Below, in pieces: positions 25,283 to 36,175 of a stretch of DNA of 64,000 bases. Position 1 is the stretch's first letter, and every line of letters starts with the position of its first letter. The DNA comes from Gammaproteobacteria bacterium. GTDB lineage: Bacteria; Pseudomonadota; Gammaproteobacteria; Eutrophobiales; Eutrophobiaceae. Where the stretch lies: the NCBI GenBank assembly GCA_038922795.1, contig JBCKWI010000002.1:2756-66755 (forward strand), given 5' to 3'. The position numbers and the translations under genes are program-made. Under the pieces are notes generated by a model. The model was not told where the DNA came from, made no database searches, and was given only the letters and a program-made list of their open reading frames with translations.

Positions 25283-28200
25283 TCAGTTCTGATCCAGTTC
25301 AATATCAATACCCAGTGAACGGATTTCCTTCACCAGCACATTGAATGATTCCGGCATACCGGCCTCCATGCGGTGATCGCCATCGACAATGTTCTTGTAC
25401 ATCTTGGCACGTCCGTTCACATCATCGGACTTGACCGTCAGCATTTCCTGCAAGGTATAGGCTGCGCCATAGGCCTCAAGTGCCCATACTTCCATTTCAC
25501 CAAAGCGCTGACCACCAAATTGCGCCTTGCCTCCCAACGGTTGTTGTGTAACCAGACTGTAGGGGCCGGTAGAGCGGGCATGCATCTTGTCATCGACCAG
25601 ATGATTAAGCTTGAGCATATACATATAGCCTACGGTGACAGGGCGATCGAACGCATTACCGGTGCGGCCGTCATATAATTGTGTCTGACCGTTCTGTGGC
25701 AGATCAGCCAACGCCAACATGGCCTTGATTTCATCTTCTCCGGCGCCATCGAAAACTGGCGTTGCCATGGGTACGCCCTGTTTAAGGTTATTTGCCAAAG
25801 TCAGAATCTCAGCATCATTCAGTGACTTAAGATTCTCCCGTTTACCGCTTGAGTTATAAATTTTGTCAAGGAATCCCCGTATTTCATGGGCATTTGCCTG
25901 TGCCTGTAACATCCTGCCAATCTTTATTCCCAAGCCCTTGGCCGCCCATCCCAGATGGGTTTCCAGAACCTGTCCTACGTTCATACGGGAGGGGACGCCC
26001 AGTGGGCTAAGTACGATATCCACCGGTGTACCATCTTCCATATAGGGCATGTCTTCTACCGGAACAATATTGGAGATAACACCCTTGTTACCGTGACGGC
26101 CTGCCATCTTGTCTCCGGACTGGATGCGGCGTTTCACGGCAAGATAAACCTTCACCATTTTCAGCACCCCGGGCGCCAGGTCATCACCAGAGGTCAGCTT
26201 CGCGCGTTTTTCTTCATAACGTTGATCAAATTGAGCCTTTAGTTTACCGATCTGCGCGGAGATCTGTTCAAGTTGACGATTGGCGTCTTCATTACGCAAA
26301 CGTATCTCAAACCATTTTTCTCTCGGTGTCTCCGCGAGATAAGCCCTGGTAATTTTGCTGTCTGCGGCAAGGCCATTGGGGCCGCCATCAGCCAGCTTGG
26401 CCAGTAACAAGGATTCAAGACGCTGATAAATACCCTCTTCCATGATGCGTAATTGGTCATTCAGGTCCTTACGCACGCTGTTCAGTTCAGCTTCTTCGAT
26501 CTCCAGCGCCCGGGCATCTTTTTCAACACCGTCACGGATAAACACCTGTACGTCGATTACCGTACCGTTCATTCCGGAGGGGACCCGCAGTGATGTGTCC
26601 TTCACATCTGAAGCCTTTTCGCCAAAGATAGCGCGCAGGAGTTTTTCTTCCGGTGTAAGTTGGGTTTCACCTTTCGGAGTGACTTTGCCTACCAGAATAT
26701 CGCCGGTATTCACCTCGGCCCCGATATAGACAATCCCGGATTCATCCAGTTTATTCAGTGCACTCTCGCTGACATTCGGGATATCGGACGAGATTTCTTC
26801 CGGTCCAAGTTTGGTATCGCGTGCCACGCAGGGGAGTTCTTCAATATGGATAGTAGTGTACCGATCCTCCTGCACCAGACGCTCCGAGATCAGAATCGAA
26901 TCCTCGAAGTTGTAGCCGTTCCAGGGCATGAACGCGACCAGCATATTCTGCCCCAACGCCAGTTCCCCCAGATCGGTAGAGGGGCCATCAGCCAGCACAT
27001 CATCCTTGGCTACAATATCACCGGGCTTGACCAGTGGCCGCTGATTAATACAGGTATTCTGGTTGGAACGCGTGTATTTAGTCAGGTTATAGATATCCAC
27101 ACCTGGTTCGCCTGGATTGATCTCATCTTCATTCACACGGACAACGATACGGCTGGCATCGACCGAGTCCACTATCCCGCCCCGTTCTGCATTCACGGTT
27201 ACGCCTGAATCCATGGCGACTTTGCGCTCAATGCCGGTACCGACCAGCGGTTTTTCCGCACGCATGGTGGGTACCGCCTGCCGCTGCATATTGGATCCCA
27301 TCAGGGCACGGTTCGCATCATCATGTTCCAGGAATGGGATCAATGATGCTGCAACCGAGACGATCTGCATGGGAGAAACGTCCATGTAATTCACCTTGTC
27401 CGGAGTAGACAGGGTAAATTCATTCTGACACCGGCTGGAGATAAGCTCGTCAGTAAAACGGCCTTTCTCATTCAGCGCCGCATTCGCCTGGGCTATTACA
27501 TATTCGCTTTCTTCAATTGCGGAAAGATATTCGATCTCGTTCGTAACTACACCATTCACCACTTTACGGTAAGGTGTTTCCAGGAATCCGTAATCATTGG
27601 CACGCGCATAGATAGCGAGTGAATTAATCAAACCAATATTCGGACCTTCAGGGGTTTCAATCGGACAGACACGTCCGTAGTGAGTAGGATGCACGTCACG
27701 CACTTCAAATCCGGCGCGCTCGCGGGTCAGTCCGCCCGGACCCAATGCCGAGATACGGCGCTTATGCGTAATCTCGGAGAGAGGATTATTCTGATCCATG
27801 AATTGTGATAATTGACTGGAACCAAAAAATTCCTTGATGACGGCAGATACAGGTTTGGCGTTGATGATTTCCTGTGGCATCAGGCCTTCAGATTCTGCCA
27901 GACTGAGCCGCTCTTTCACTGCCCGCTCAACCCGCACCAGTCCGATGCGGAACTGGTTCTCGGCCATTTCACCCACACTGCGGACACGGCGATTGCCCAG
28001 ATGATCAATATCATCTATATAACCCTTGCCGTTGCGGATGTCGATCAATACCTTCAACACGTCAATGATATCTTCTTTCGACAAGACACCTGCGCCCTCC
28101 ACATCCTTGCGGCCCACACGGCGGTTAAACTTCATGCGGCCGACCGCGGACAGATCATATCGATCCGTGCTGAAGAAGAGATTCTTGAACAGGTTTTCCG

Positions 28201-29362
28201 CTGCATCCTTGGTGGGCGGTTCACCCGGGCGCATCATCCGGTAGATTTCAATTTGTGCCGCCAGCGGAGATGTGGTGTTATCAACTCTCAGTGTATCTGC
28301 AATATACGAACCCCTGTCCAGATCATTGGTATACAGTGTCTCAATGTCCAGATTCTGCCCCGCCAGTAACTTCTCCAGCAGGGCTTCTGTAATTTCATTA
28401 TTTGCTTCGGCAATCAATTCACCAGTTTCTGTGTCGATCACATCTTTAGCGAGAATCTGGCTGATGAAGTACTCAGGAGGAACAACAAGTTCTTTCAGAT
28501 TGGCCTTTTCGATCTCCTTGATATGACGGGCGGTAATGCGTCTTTCTTTTTCAACAATTACTTTACCTTTTTTATCTTTTATATCAAAAGACGCTATTTC
28601 GCCACGCAGACGCTCGGGCACCAGATGCAACACAATACCTTTCTTGTTGAGAGATATCTTGTGTGTCTCAAAGAAGATATCGAGCATTTCCGCTGTAGAA
28701 TAGCCCAGAGCACGCAGCAGGATAGTCGCGGGGATCTTGCGGCGGCGATCGATACGGCAATACACTTGATCTTTCGGGTCAAACTCAAAATCCAGCCATG
28801 ATCCGCGGTAAGGGATCACACGGGCGGAATAAAGCAACTTGCCAGAAGAATGGGTCTTGCCCTTGTCATGTTCAAAAAAGACACCGGGAGAACGATGTAA
28901 TTGCGAAACAACGACCCGTTCCGTGCCATTGATAACAAACGTGCCCGTGCGGGTCATTAATGGCATTTCACCCATGTAGACTTCCTGTTCCTTGATATCC
29001 TTGACAACCTTATTGTTGACACCGGCTTCCTTGTCATAGATCACAAGACGCACCTTGACACGCAGCGAAGCAGCGTAGGTTATACCCCTGAGCTGACATT
29101 CCTTGACATCAAACACAGGATTGGAAAGACTGTAGCTGACATACTCCAGCATGGCGTTTCCCGAATAACTTTCAATGGGGAACACAGACTTGAATGCAGC
29201 GTGCAGACCGATATCCTTGCGTTCCTCGGGCGCTACAACTAGCTGCAAAAACTGACGAAAAGAATTAACCTGAATTGCCAGCAAAGGCGGTACATTCAGA
29301 ATACTTGGCCGTTTGCCAAAATCTTTACGTATTCTTTTCTTCTCAGTGTAGGAATAGGTCAT
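25283..29362 (-). CDS. rpoB: DNA-directed RNA polymerase subunit beta
   Basis: 1359 aa starting [19 protein letters not shown]. Confidence 0.98.
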   Translation of the reverse strand: MTYSYTEKKRIRKDFGKRPSILNVPPLLAIQVNSFRQFLQLVVAPEERKDIGLHAAFKSVFPIESYSGNAMLEYVSYSLSNPVFDVKECQLRGITYAASLRVKVRLVIYDKEAGVNNKVVKDIKEQEVYMGEMPLMTRTGTFVINGTERVVVSQLHRSPGVFFEHDKGKTHSSGKLLYSARVIPYRGSWLDFEFDPKDQVYCRIDRRRKIPATILLRALGYSTAEMLDIFFETHKISLNKKGIVLHLVPERLRGEIASFDIKDKKGKVIVEKERRITARHIKEIEKANLKELVVPPEYFISQILAKDVIDTETGELIAEANNEITEALLEKLLAGQNLDIETLYTNDLDRGSYIADTLRVDNTTSPLAAQIEIYRMMRPGEPPTKDAAENLFKNLFFSTDRYDLSAVGRMKFNRRVGRKDVEGAGVLSKEDIIDVLKVLIDIRNGKGYIDDIDHLGNRRVRSVGEMAENQFRIGLVRVERAVKERLSLAESEGLMPQEIINAKPVSAVIKEFFGSSQLSQFMDQNNPLSEITHKRRISALGPGGLTRERAGFEVRDVHPTHYGRVCPIETPEGPNIGLINSLAIYARANDYGFLETPYRKVVNGVVTNEIEYLSAIEESEYVIAQANAALNEKGRFTDELISSRCQNEFTLSTPDKVNYMDVSPMQIVSVAASLIPFLEHDDANRALMGSNMQRQAVPTMRAEKPLVGTGIERKVAMDSGVTVNAERGGIVDSVDASRIVVRVNEDEINPGEPGVDIYNLTKYTRSNQNTCINQRPLVKPGDIVAKDDVLADGPSTDLGELALGQNMLVAFMPWNGYNFEDSILISERLVQEDRYTTIHIEELPCVARDTKLGPEEISSDIPNVSESALNKLDESGIVYIGAEVNTGDILVGKVTPKGETQLTPEEKLLRAIFGEKASDVKDTSLRVPSGMNGTVIDVQVFIRDGVEKDARALEIEEAELNSVRKDLNDQLRIMEEGIYQRLESLLLAKLADGGPNGLAADSKITRAYLAETPREKWFEIRLRNEDANRQLEQISAQIGKLKAQFDQRYEEKRAKLTSGDDLAPGVLKMVKVYLAVKRRIQSGDKMAGRHGNKGVISNIVPVEDMPYMEDGTPVDIVLSPLGVPSRMNVGQVLETHLGWAAKGLGIKIGRMLQAQANAHEIRGFLDKIYNSSGKRENLKSLNDAEILTLANNLKQGVPMATPVFDGAGEDEIKAMLALADLPQNGQTQLYDGRTGNAFDRPVTVGYMYMLKLNHLVDDKMHARSTGPYSLVTQQPLGGKAQFGGQRFGEMEVWALEAYGAAYTLQEMLTVKSDDVNGRAKMYKNIVDGDHRMEAGMPESFNVLVKEIRSLGIDIELDQN

Positions 29363-29475
29363 CGTTATACCTCACAAAAATAATCTGTAACTTAATTCGC
29401 GCGACACATACAGCTCACTAACTGATACTGTCGCAAACGTACCAGCAGGTTGTCCCATTCAATCAACACACACGG

Positions 29476-29505
29476 CCCGGCCGGTAATCAAAGCCACCAG
29501 CCGGG
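29476..29505 (-). terminator. Possible rplL-rpoB attenuator hairpin
   Basis: Minus strand: cccggctgg, 12-nt loop, ccggccggg (one mismatch), then GU-rich gtgtgtgttgatt. An attenuator is known at this position in E. coli. Confidence 0.4.
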
Positions 29506-29536
29506 ATGTGATATTGATTAGACGTAAACAACAAAA

Positions 29537-29914
29537 TTATTTAACTTCGACGCTCGCGCCTGCTTCTTCCAGTTGCTTCTTGATGTTGGCAGCCTCATCC
29601 TTGTTGACTCCTTCCTTGACAGTTGCAGGCACACCTTCAACAAGATCTTTGGCTTCCTTGAGCCCGAGACCTGTGATAGCGCGCACAACTTTGATGACGC
29701 CGACCTTGTTTTCGCCAAAAGCCTTCATGATGACATTAAATTCAGTCTGCTCTTCTGCAGCAGGTGCTGCAGCGCCTCCAGCAACAGCAGTTGGGGCTGC
29801 GGCAACTGCGGCGGACACACCAAACTTCTCTTCCATCGCTTCGATAAGACTGACGACTTCAAGTACAGTCATATTGGAAATGGTTTCTAAAATCTCTTCT
29901 TTGCTAACAGCCAT
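29537..29914 (-). CDS. rplL: 50S ribosomal protein L7/L12
   Basis: 125 aa with an Ala-rich hinge and a C-terminal EAGASVEVK. Confidence 0.98.
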   Translation of the reverse strand: MAVSKEEILETISNMTVLEVVSLIEAMEEKFGVSAAVAAAPTAVAGGAAAPAAEEQTEFNVIMKAFGENKVGVIKVVRAITGLGLKEAKDLVEGVPATVKEGVNKDEAANIKKQLEEAGASVEVK

Positions 29915-29962
29915 GATAAATACTCCTAAATTTAAATTTTCAGATCATATGTGGTTAATGAT

Positions 29963-30490
29963 TTATGCAGCTTGTTTTTGATCTCGCACTGCAGCGATAG
30001 TCCTGACCAGCTTGGCATGCGGTTCTGCGAGTGTGCGAACAAGCTTGGCAATCGGCGCTTTCATCACGCCCATTAACATGCTGAGGGCCTGCTCTCGGCT
30101 TGGCATACTGGCAAGCGCTTCTATATCAGAAGGCTGTAACAACTTGCCATCCAGGGCTACCTGTTTCACTACAAGCTTGTCATTCGCTTTTGCAAAATCA
30201 CGGATTACCTTTGCGGCCGCCCCTGGTTCATTGATTGAAAACGCAAGTAATAATGGCCCGACCAGCCCATCACGCATGCATTCGAATTTTGTATTTTCCA
30301 ATGCCCTGCGTGCCAGTGTATTTCTGACCACGCGCAGATAAACGCCGCTGGTCCGTGCCGACTGCCGTAACTGCGTCATCTGTTCTACAGTGATGCCAGC
30401 ATATTCCGCTGCAATAGCTGAAGGAGCATTTGCTGCAACCTCTGCAACCTCATTAACGATTGCTTTTTTTGCTTCAAGTGTCAGTCTCAC
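29963..30490 (-). CDS. rplJ: 50S ribosomal protein L10
   Basis: 175 aa in the canonical position before rplL. Confidence 0.97.
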   Translation of the reverse strand: MRLTLEAKKAIVNEVAEVAANAPSAIAAEYAGITVEQMTQLRQSARTSGVYLRVVRNTLARRALENTKFECMRDGLVGPLLLAFSINEPGAAAKVIRDFAKANDKLVVKQVALDGKLLQPSDIEALASMPSREQALSMLMGVMKAPIAKLVRTLAEPHAKLVRTIAAVRDQKQAA

Positions 30491-30864
30491 AACTTGATAC
30501 TCCTATATTTAACAGGCTGCTGGAGCGTGCTACCAATCTGCCTGTTGGCATTTTGGTCGCATACCTGCGGCCCGGGATCACTCAAGGCCCTGTTACAGTA
30601 TTCACATGAAGCGATCTTCATGATTGAATTCCAACTGCATCAGAACCCACCTGTTACGGTGACCCTCAGGGATGACCTGATTGGGTGACACCGTCTGCGT
30701 GAGCCGGCGTATTCGCCATCAAGCAATCCGATACTATGGGCTGCACTCACGGTCTTTGACGTTGATTCGCACTTTACGAACCACCCAAAGTCTTCTTGGT
30801 AGATGGCATATGGTAGATGGTATATAGGGTTCCCCCCATATTCTACCTACTACCTACCACCTAC
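30491..30864 (-). promoter_or_regulatory. Long (374-nt) rplA-rplJ spacer; putative rplJ promoter/leader
   Basis: Non-coding and in the position of the E. coli L10 promoter and autoregulatory leader. I did not recognise a specific leader structure. Confidence 0.4.
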
Positions 30865-31560
30865 TTAAATCGACAACGTACTCTGATCGACTACCAGGCC
30901 CGGCCCCATCGTGGTAGATATCGAAATCCTTTTCATGTAGATCCCTTTGGCCGAACTCGGTTTCGCCTTAATCAAATCGTTTAATAAAACTTCCAGATTT
31001 TCTTTCAGTGCCGCAGGCTCAAATGAAACCTTGCCTATGGCGCAATGAATAATGCCGTTCTTGTCGGTACGATAACGGACTTGTCCTGCTTTGGCGTTCT
31101 GGACCGCTTGTTTGATATCTTTGGTGACAGTACCTACCTTGGGATTCGGCATCAGGCCACGCGGCCCCAATACCTTACCCAGTTTGCTGACCAGCGGCAT
31201 GGCATCCGGCGTGGCAATGACCACATGATAAGCCAGATCGCCACCTTGCATACGCTCGACCAGATCCTCGTATCCAACAGCGTCCGCCCCGGCTGTTCTG
31301 GCTGCGTCGGCCTGTTCTCCCTGTGCTATCACGGCGACTTTAACAATCTTGCCGGTGCCTCTGGGCAGCACGCTGGAACCTCTGACGGATTGATCTGATT
31401 TACGCGGATCAACACCCAGATTGATGGCAACCTCAACTGATTCATCAAATTTCACAGTCGAAACATCCTTGAGTAATTGCAATGCATCCAGCACCGGATA
31501 AAGTTTGCCTGCTTGGACCTTTTCGACAATTGCTTTATTACGTTTTGATAACTTTGCCAT
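30865..31560 (-). CDS. rplA: 50S ribosomal protein L1
   Basis: [11 protein letters not shown] aligns with E. coli MAKLTKRMR. Track start 31566 adds two residues (MI). Confidence 0.97.
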   Translation of the reverse strand: MAKLSKRNKAIVEKVQAGKLYPVLDALQLLKDVSTVKFDESVEVAINLGVDPRKSDQSVRGSSVLPRGTGKIVKVAVIAQGEQADAARTAGADAVGYEDLVERMQGGDLAYHVVIATPDAMPLVSKLGKVLGPRGLMPNPKVGTVTKDIKQAVQNAKAGQVRYRTDKNGIIHCAIGKVSFEPAALKENLEVLLNDLIKAKPSSAKGIYMKRISISTTMGPGLVVDQSTLSI

Positions 31561-31562
31561 GA

Positions 31563-31994
31563 TCATACCCCCTCGGTCTCTATACCCATACTACGGGCAG
31601 TTCCCGCGATGGTACGAACTGCTGCGTCCAGATCCGCAGCACTAAGATCGGGCTGTTTGGTTTTAGCAATTTCTTCCAGTTGCGCACGCGTTACCTTGCC
31701 GACCTTGTTGGAATTTGGAGCGCCACTACCACTCTTGATACCGGCTGCCTTTTTCAGCAGATGTGAAGCAGGGGTTGTCTTGGTAACAAAGGTAAAACTC
31801 TTGTCAGAATATACGGTAATGACGACCGGTACTGGCAGACCTGGCTCCATCCCCTGGGTCTTGGCATTAAACGCCTTACAGAATTCCATTATATTGACGC
31901 CATGCTGGCCCAACGCCGGGCCTACGGGCGGACTGGGGTTTGCTTGTCCAGCCGCCACTTGCAGCTTGATATAAGTATTGATCTTCTTTGCCAC
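31563..31994 (-). CDS. rplK: 50S ribosomal protein L11
   Basis: 143 aa starting [30 protein letters not shown]. Confidence 0.98.
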   Translation of the reverse strand: MAKKINTYIKLQVAAGQANPSPPVGPALGQHGVNIMEFCKAFNAKTQGMEPGLPVPVVITVYSDKSFTFVTKTTPASHLLKKAAGIKSGSGAPNSNKVGKVTRAQLEEIAKTKQPDLSAADLDAAVRTIAGTARSMGIETEGV

Positions 31995-32100
31995 TGTTAT
32001 CTCCTTGGGTACAAACGCCTCGCGGCTCCCCGTTACGTCTGTGATATGTGCTTGCCAATCAGTTATTGGAGGATATTTTCTCCAATAAACAAATCTTCAG

Positions 32101-32634
32101 TTAATCTTTCTCTACCTGACCAAATTCAAGTTCGACAGGTGTGGAACGGCCAAAAATCAACACCGACACCCGCAACCTGCTCTTCTCAAAATTCACTTCT
32201 TCTACAACACCATTAAAATCAGTAAATGGCCCGTCTGTGACACGTACTACTTCACCGGGTTCAAACAATACCTTCGGTTTAGGCCTGTCTACACCTTCCT
32301 CAACCCGCTGGAGGATCGCTTCTGCCTCTGCATCGGATATGGGTGCCGGTTTGTCACTGGTGCCGCCGATAAATCCAAGCACCTTGGGCGCATCCTTGAC
32401 CAGATGCCAGGAATCATCATCCATTTCCATTTGCACCAGCACATATCCCGGGAAAAACTTCCTGTCACTCTTGCGTTTTTTTCCGTCCCGCATTTCTACC
32501 ACTTCCTCGGTGGGTACAAGAATTTTGCCAAACTTGTGCTGTAATCCGCTGCGCTCTATCCGCTCCTGCAGGGAACGCATCACATGATCTTCAAATCCGG
32601 AGTAGGCATGTACAACATACCAGCGTAATGCCAT
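32101..32634 (-). CDS. nusG: Transcription termination/antitermination factor NusG
   Basis: 177 aa starting [15 protein letters not shown], with a C-terminal KOW region. Confidence 0.97.
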   Translation of the reverse strand: MALRWYVVHAYSGFEDHVMRSLQERIERSGLQHKFGKILVPTEEVVEMRDGKKRKSDRKFFPGYVLVQMEMDDDSWHLVKDAPKVLGFIGGTSDKPAPISDAEAEAILQRVEEGVDRPKPKVLFEPGEVVRVTDGPFTDFNGVVEEVNFEKSRLRVSVLIFGRSTPVELEFGQVEKD

Positions 32635-32638
32635 GGAC

Positions 32639-33025
32639 TTAGCCCCCCCTGCCTAATAACAGGCCGATAGACCAACCCAGAAACATATCCAGCAACCAGA
32701 GGAATATCGCGATCACAATAACCATTAATATGACTATCATGGTCGTCTGTAGAGTCTCCTCACGAGTAGGCCATACCACTTTGCGCACTTCGGTCTGTGC
32801 ATCCTGAACGAAACCCCAAAGTTGCCGTCCCTTCTCCGACTTCAGTGTTATCAATACTGCAACCACGATGGCAGCGAGGAGACCAACCACTCTTAATAAC
32901 AGAGAATGTTCCGAATAGAGATAAAATAGTGCCGTTGCCGACGCTACAATCAATATCGATACAGCAATCTTAATGGTATCCAGCCGGCTGCTGCCTGCTG
33001 TTTCAACTTTCGAATTCATAATCAC
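32639..33025 (-). CDS. secE: Preprotein translocase subunit SecE
   Basis: 128 aa with three hydrophobic segments, located between tRNA-Trp and nusG. Confidence 0.9.
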   Translation of the reverse strand: MIMNSKVETAGSSRLDTIKIAVSILIVASATALFYLYSEHSLLLRVVGLLAAIVVAVLITLKSEKGRQLWGFVQDAQTEVRKVVWPTREETLQTTMIVILMVIVIAIFLWLLDMFLGWSIGLLLGRGG

Positions 33026-33082
33026 CCTAAATATCTGTTTCCTGCTATACCCGGCCCCACTGACAGCATGCTTTCAGCAAAC

Positions 33083-33158
33083 TGGCAGGCCAGGAGGGAA
33101 TCGAACCCCCAACCTGCGGTTTTGGAGACCGCCGCTCTGCCAATTGAGCTACTGGCCT
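33083..33158 (-). tRNA. trpT: tRNA-Trp (anticodon CCA)
   Basis: Hand-folded 76 nt: AGGCCAG/CTGGCCT acceptor stem, CTCCAAA anticodon loop, GGTTCGATTCC T-arm, encoded CCA. Confidence 0.93.
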
Positions 33159-33305
33159 TTGTTTAACATCTCATCTGCCATCCCTGGCGTTAATCAGTAG
33201 CCTTACGGATAAACCGGCCCGGACATCCACTGTCCGGGCGCTCAGCGGGGAAAAGGTCCACTGGACCTTTTCCCAACCCGCTTCGCCCAATTGAGCTACT
33301 GGCCT
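33159..33305 (-). repeat. 147-bp tRNA-linked unit: 128-bp hairpin-rich element plus an exact copy of tRNA-Trp nt 1-19 (33287-33305)
   Basis: ccaattgagctactggcct occurs at 33140-33158 (in the tRNA) and again at 33287-33305. The interior shares gcccggacatccactgtccgggc with the Thr-linked units. Confidence 0.85.
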
Positions 33306-33394
33306 AAATATTACGGGGCCGGGGATCAGATGTCAGAGGTCAACTGCATTAAGATTTTATGACTCTCTGGCCCCTGAACCCGGGCCCCTATCTT

Positions 33395-34585
<1,191 letters not shown>

Positions 34586-34635
34586 TGATATATTCTCCTC
34601 AGCGAAACAATGAATTTAAAATAAACTCTCTACTC

Positions 34636-34711
34636 TGGTGCCCACGACTGGAATCGAACCAGCGACCTCACCCTTACCAAGGGTGTGCTCTACCAACTGA
34701 GCTACATGGGC
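34636..34711 (-). tRNA. thrT: tRNA-Thr (anticodon GGT)
   Basis: Hand-folded 76 nt: GCCCATG/CGTGGGC acceptor stem (one mismatch), CTTGGTAA anticodon loop, GGTTCGATTCC T-arm, encoded CCA. Confidence 0.93.
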
Positions 34712-35005
34712 TACGATAACCATTCGTACATGGCATCCATGCCGTTACACCTGTATACCTCAACCCCGGCCCGGACATCCACTGTCCGGGCGTTCGCCGG
34801 GAATTTTGTCCACTGGACAAAATTCTTTGTCCGGCCCACCCAACTGAGCTACATGGGCTACGATAACCATTCGTACATGGCATCCATGCCGTTACACCTG
34901 TATACCTCAACCCCGGCCCGGACATCCACTGTCCGGGCGTTCGCCGGGAATTTTGTCCACTGGACAAAATTCTTTGTCCGGCTCACCCAACTGAGCTACA
35001 TGGGC
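34712..35005 (-). repeat. Two tandem 147-bp tRNA-linked units, each ending in an exact copy of tRNA-Thr nt 1-19
   Basis: Units 34712-34858 and 34859-35005 differ at one base (34836 c versus 34983 t). ccaactgagctacatgggc is present three times including the tRNA. Confidence 0.9.
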
Positions 35006-35102
35006 AAATCAGTTATGTGAAAAGTCACAAGAATTAAGAACTATGACATCATCAAATATTTATTACTTTACTTTTTAACTTGCCACTTATAACCGCCCTT
35101 AA

Positions 35103-35176
35103 TGGAGCGGGTGATGGGAATCGAACCCACACTACCAGCTTGGAAGGCTGGAGTTCTACCATTGAACTACACCCGC
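35103..35176 (-). tRNA. glyT: tRNA-Gly (anticodon TCC)
   Basis: Hand-folded 74 nt: GCGGGTG acceptor, CTTCCAA anticodon loop, encoded CCA. Confidence 0.92.
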
Positions 35177-35276
35177 CTTGCTATTTATCTACAACGAAGA
35201 ACTGTCATCCCTGCGTTAGCTATAGTTCATTAAATATATTATCCTGATACCGGATTTTATTCCCCACCCCCAAACA

Positions 35277-35361
35277 TGGTGGAGGGGGGAGGATTCGAAC
35301 CTCCGAAGGCATTGCCAGCAGATTTACAGTCTGCCCCCGTTGGCCGCTTGGGTACCCCTCC
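35277..35361 (-). tRNA. tyrU: tRNA-Tyr (anticodon GTA), long variable arm
   Basis: Hand-folded 85 nt: GGAGGGG/CCCCTCC acceptor stem, ACTGTAAAT anticodon loop, encoded CCA. Confidence 0.92.
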
Positions 35362-35378
35362 AAAAAAAGTAAGCCGAC

Positions 35379-35408
35379 AATTTTCAATGATTTACAAAAT
35401 GCTGTCAA
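35379..35408 (-). promoter_or_regulatory. Candidate promoter of the tRNA-tufB operon
   Basis: Minus strand: TTGACA (35408-35403), about 17-18 nt spacer, GAAAAT/AAAATT, then a GC-rich gtcggc discriminator about 15 nt before tRNA-Tyr. The -10 is weak. Confidence 0.4.
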
Positions 35409-35425
35409 TAATATCCCATAGCAAA

Positions 35426-35983
35426 TCAACCCCCGGGACGCAGTATTTTGCCAGTATAGGCTTCTCTGATTTCGGTTGGACGGCGATTAGAGCCAATACT
35501 GGCATGAAGAATATAATCCAGTGACTGTCCAAAATAACCCCGGACTTTCAATGCGGATTTTGCCGGTGGCCGATTTGCAGGGTTGGCGCTTGTTGAGACC
35601 AGCGCTCCTGTTTTTTCACATAGACTGCGTATGACATCATGCTGACTGACCCTGACCGCAATAGTATTGTGCTGCCCCCGGAGCCAAATTGGGACTTCCG
35701 GCCTCGCTGGTAACACCCACGTGACAGGACCTGGCCAGGTTGATAATACGCGTTGGCGGACTGTTTCATGAGGAAATTCTATAAATCCGGCCAACTGTTC
35801 TATATTGGCCGCGACCAGGATCAGTCCCTTTTTTACAGGGCGATTTTTAAGATTGAGAATCCGTGCGACTGCAAAATAATCATATGGCAAACAGCCCAGT
35901 CCATACACCGCCTCAGTAGGATAGGCAATAACACCACCACTAAGAATGATGCGGGTTGCCTGATTCAGGTGCCAGCTGTTCAA
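35426..35983 (-). CDS. tsaC: L-threonylcarbamoyladenylate synthase TsaC (YrdC/RimN)
   Basis: 185 aa with GGVIAYPTEAVYGLGC and KNRPVKKGLILV motifs, in the E. coli-like neighbourhood near smg and dprA. Confidence 0.9.
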   Translation of the reverse strand: MNSWHLNQATRIILSGGVIAYPTEAVYGLGCLPYDYFAVARILNLKNRPVKKGLILVAANIEQLAGFIEFPHETVRQRVLSTWPGPVTWVLPARPEVPIWLRGQHNTIAVRVSQHDVIRSLCEKTGALVSTSANPANRPPAKSALKVRGYFGQSLDYILHASIGSNRRPTEIREAYTGKILRPGG

Positions 35984-36175
35984 GATTATCCGTGATTAAC
36001 TGGATTGTTTCTGTAATGCATCATTTTTTTCTGCAATGGCCTTATACCATTTATCAGGCCACTATCGATGGGTACGCCAATAACTGGCTGGGTGTCAAAA
36101 ACGTAAGAACGTTGATTACTCATGTTAATGTCACCGGAATTGGGTTTTATATAAAGAATGTTAGGATTATAACGA

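Noticed and set aside
32064-32088. ttattgga...tccaataa hairpin after nusG, considered as a terminator or L1-binding rplK leader.
   Set aside because: No U-run follows it. The downstream ggggagccgcgaggc stretch only vaguely recalls the L1 site, and I could not verify it without a covariance model.
34636-35005. Possible CRISPR-like array (19-nt repeat with 128-bp spacers).
   Set aside because: There are only three repeats. The repeat is the tRNA 5' end, the two spacers are the same sequence, the repeat is too short, and no cas genes are present.
34674-35020. Two track ORFs (97 and 111 aa) with internally repeated peptide sequence.
   Set aside because: They translate the tandem 147-bp DNA units and overlap tRNA-Thr. 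No start context or coding signal is present.
35986-36123. 45-codon ORF (MSNQRSYVFDTQPVIGVPIDSGL...) between topA and tsaC, ending 2 nt before the tsaC ATG.
   Set aside because: The tight spacing suggests coupling, but the RBS is weak (GGTGA), there is no recognisable family, and the longer track version overlaps the topA end. It is not supportable without conservation or Ribo-seq data.
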